Assembly: GCA_002104945.1 (NCBI GenBank)
Contig: MCFH01000002.1
Span: forward strand, 372,001 to 436,000
Reading direction: 5' to 3'
Source of the DNA: Piromyces finnis finn
Taxonomy: Eukaryota; Fungi; Neocallimastigomycota
DNA length: 64,000 bases
The position numbers and the translations under genes are program-made. This document shows, piece by piece, positions 62,122 to 64,000 of the stretch. The notes under the pieces are model-generated. The model searched no databases. It was given only the letters and a program-made list of their open reading frames with translations, and had not been told where the DNA came from. Position 1 is the stretch's first letter. Each line of letters starts with the position of its first letter.

Positions 62122-64000
62122 ATGGAAAATGAACAAGAACAAATTATTATGAACACAGAGGATATTACCTCTAGTAGTTGGAATGAGAAGAAATGGTTAT
62201 GGGTATTTATAATAAATTAATAATAATAAAAAAAAATAGTATCATAATATTAATAAATATCTTTATTAAAGATTCCAGATCCAGAGGAAGGATATGTTGC
62301 ATGTGAAGTATTAAAAGAAAATGGTGAAGAATTAAAAGTCAAAATTGTTAATGGACCTGTAAAATATCATGTTAAATATAACAATTAATATCTATTTTGT
62401 TTAGTTAACTTTTTTTTTTAATTTTTTTATTATAAAAATAAAAATATAATTAGGAAAAAATTGTAAATATAAACGAAACAGAAAAAATGAATCCACCAAA
62501 ATTTGATAGAGTTCCTGATATGGCAGATCTTAGTAATTTAAATGAACCATCTGTTATTCATAATTTAAGATTAAGATACTATTCTAATATGATTTATGTA
62601 ATAATTCTATTCCTTTTTGGAAAAAAATTAATAAATATAAATATATATATATAGATTATAATAAATTTATTTTTAATCTATAAATTATGATATGTTATAG
62701 AGTTATTCAGGTCTTTTTTTGGTATCAATTAACCCATATAAAAACCTTCCAATCTATAATGATGAAATTATTAAATCATATAAAAATATGAAAAGAGCTG
62801 ATATGCCTCCACATATATATGCAATTTCCGATCTTGCCTATCGTAATTTACTTCAAAATAAAGAAAATCAATCCATTCTTATTACGTAACTATTATATAT
62901 TAATTGTATTTTAATTCATTATTTTTTACTTATGTGATATATCATATCTATTATAATTAATATTAAAGTGGTGAATCTGGTGCTGGTAAAACGGAAAATA
63001 CTAAAAAGGTTATTCAATATTTAGCAGAAATTGCCGGAGGAAAAATTATTGTTAATGAAAATACAAAAGATGTTTCTAGTAAGAAAATTAGAAGATTGTC
63101 AAATGCTACAAAAGGAAAGCAATTCATTGGTTCATTAGAAGAGCAAATCCTTCAAGCTAATCCAATTTTAGAAGCTTTCGGTAACGCACAAACTGTCAAA
63201 AATAATAACTCATCTCGTTTCGTAAGTATATAATATTTTTTTTCATCTAATTTATATATTAATATCTTTAAAATTTAATGGTTTATTTTGTTTGAAATTA
63301 TTCATTCATTATAGGGAAAATTTATTAGAATTGAATTTCTTCCTTCTGGTTATATTGGTGGTGCAAAGATCGAAAAATATTTATTTGAAAAATCTAGAGT
63401 AACTTATCAAACTAATAAAGAAAGAAATTATCATATTTTCTATCAGTTAATTAAAGGTGCTTCAAAAGAAACAAAGGATAAATTACTTTTAAGTGATTCC
63501 TTAGATGATTATAAATATATTAAGAATTCAAAAAAAACTATTGAAGGAGTTGATGATGTTGAAGAATTTGAATTATTAAAAGTAATTATTATTATTATTA
63601 TTATTATTATTAAATATTTATTTAAATATGATTTATATAATATATATATTTATAAATAAACCATATTATATAAAATAAAAATAGGAATCTATGCTCATTA
63701 TGGGTATTGATGAAGAAGAACAATTGAATTTCTATAAAATTATTGCTGTTATTCTTCATTTGGGTAACATTAATTTAACAAAAGATAGAAATGATCAGGC
63801 ATTATTAGCTGATACAGTTGATATTGAAAAAGTATGTCACTTATTAGAAGTGTCCGTTGATGACTTTACAAGAGGTTTATTAAAACCAAAGATTAAGGCT
63901 GGTAGAGATTGGATTACTCAAGCTAAAGATGTTACTCAAGTACAATATTCTATTGGTGCTTTCGCAAGAGCTTTATACGATAGAATGTTTAAATATTTAA
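62122..64000 (+). CDS. MYO1: Class II myosin heavy chain, 5' part (N-terminal SH3-like domain plus motor), runs off window end
   Basis: [47 protein letters not shown]-loop [56 protein letters not shown]. Confidence 0.95.

Overview
Extremely AT-rich (intergenic DNA almost all A/T, long poly-A/T and (AAT)n tracts), intron-rich eukaryotic genomic DNA. Composition, short GT-AG introns and gene content point to an anaerobic gut fungus (Neocallimastigomycota); this is inference, not a database result. Genes in order: 3' end of an LRR protein (+); a SEL1-repeat protein spliced in frame to a long Lys/Glu-rich 11-mer repeat tail (-); CreC/WDR20-like WD40 protein (-); two tandem paralogous secreted HExxH metallopeptidases with leishmanolysin/metzincin-like motif spacing (-); an intronless 1020-aa PPR protein (+); a GC-enriched, multi-hairpin ~370-nt island that looks like an unassigned ncRNA; a CBM21/RVxF PP1 glycogen-targeting subunit (-); a ~10-kb gene-free stretch containing a ~40-bp-arm palindrome; an orphan secreted Cys-containing protein (+); an ankyrin protein (+); CDK8/Ssn3 (+); an SH3-WW-REM-RasGEF Cdc25 (-); an ANKRD54-like protein (+); and the 5' part of a class II myosin (+). 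No tRNA, rRNA, CRISPR array or intact transposon was recognised. Best leads: the structured ncRNA candidate at 27.5-27.85 kb, the canonical PPR protein in a lineage thought to lack an organellar genome, the metallopeptidase pair, and the SEL1/amphipathic-repeat fusion.
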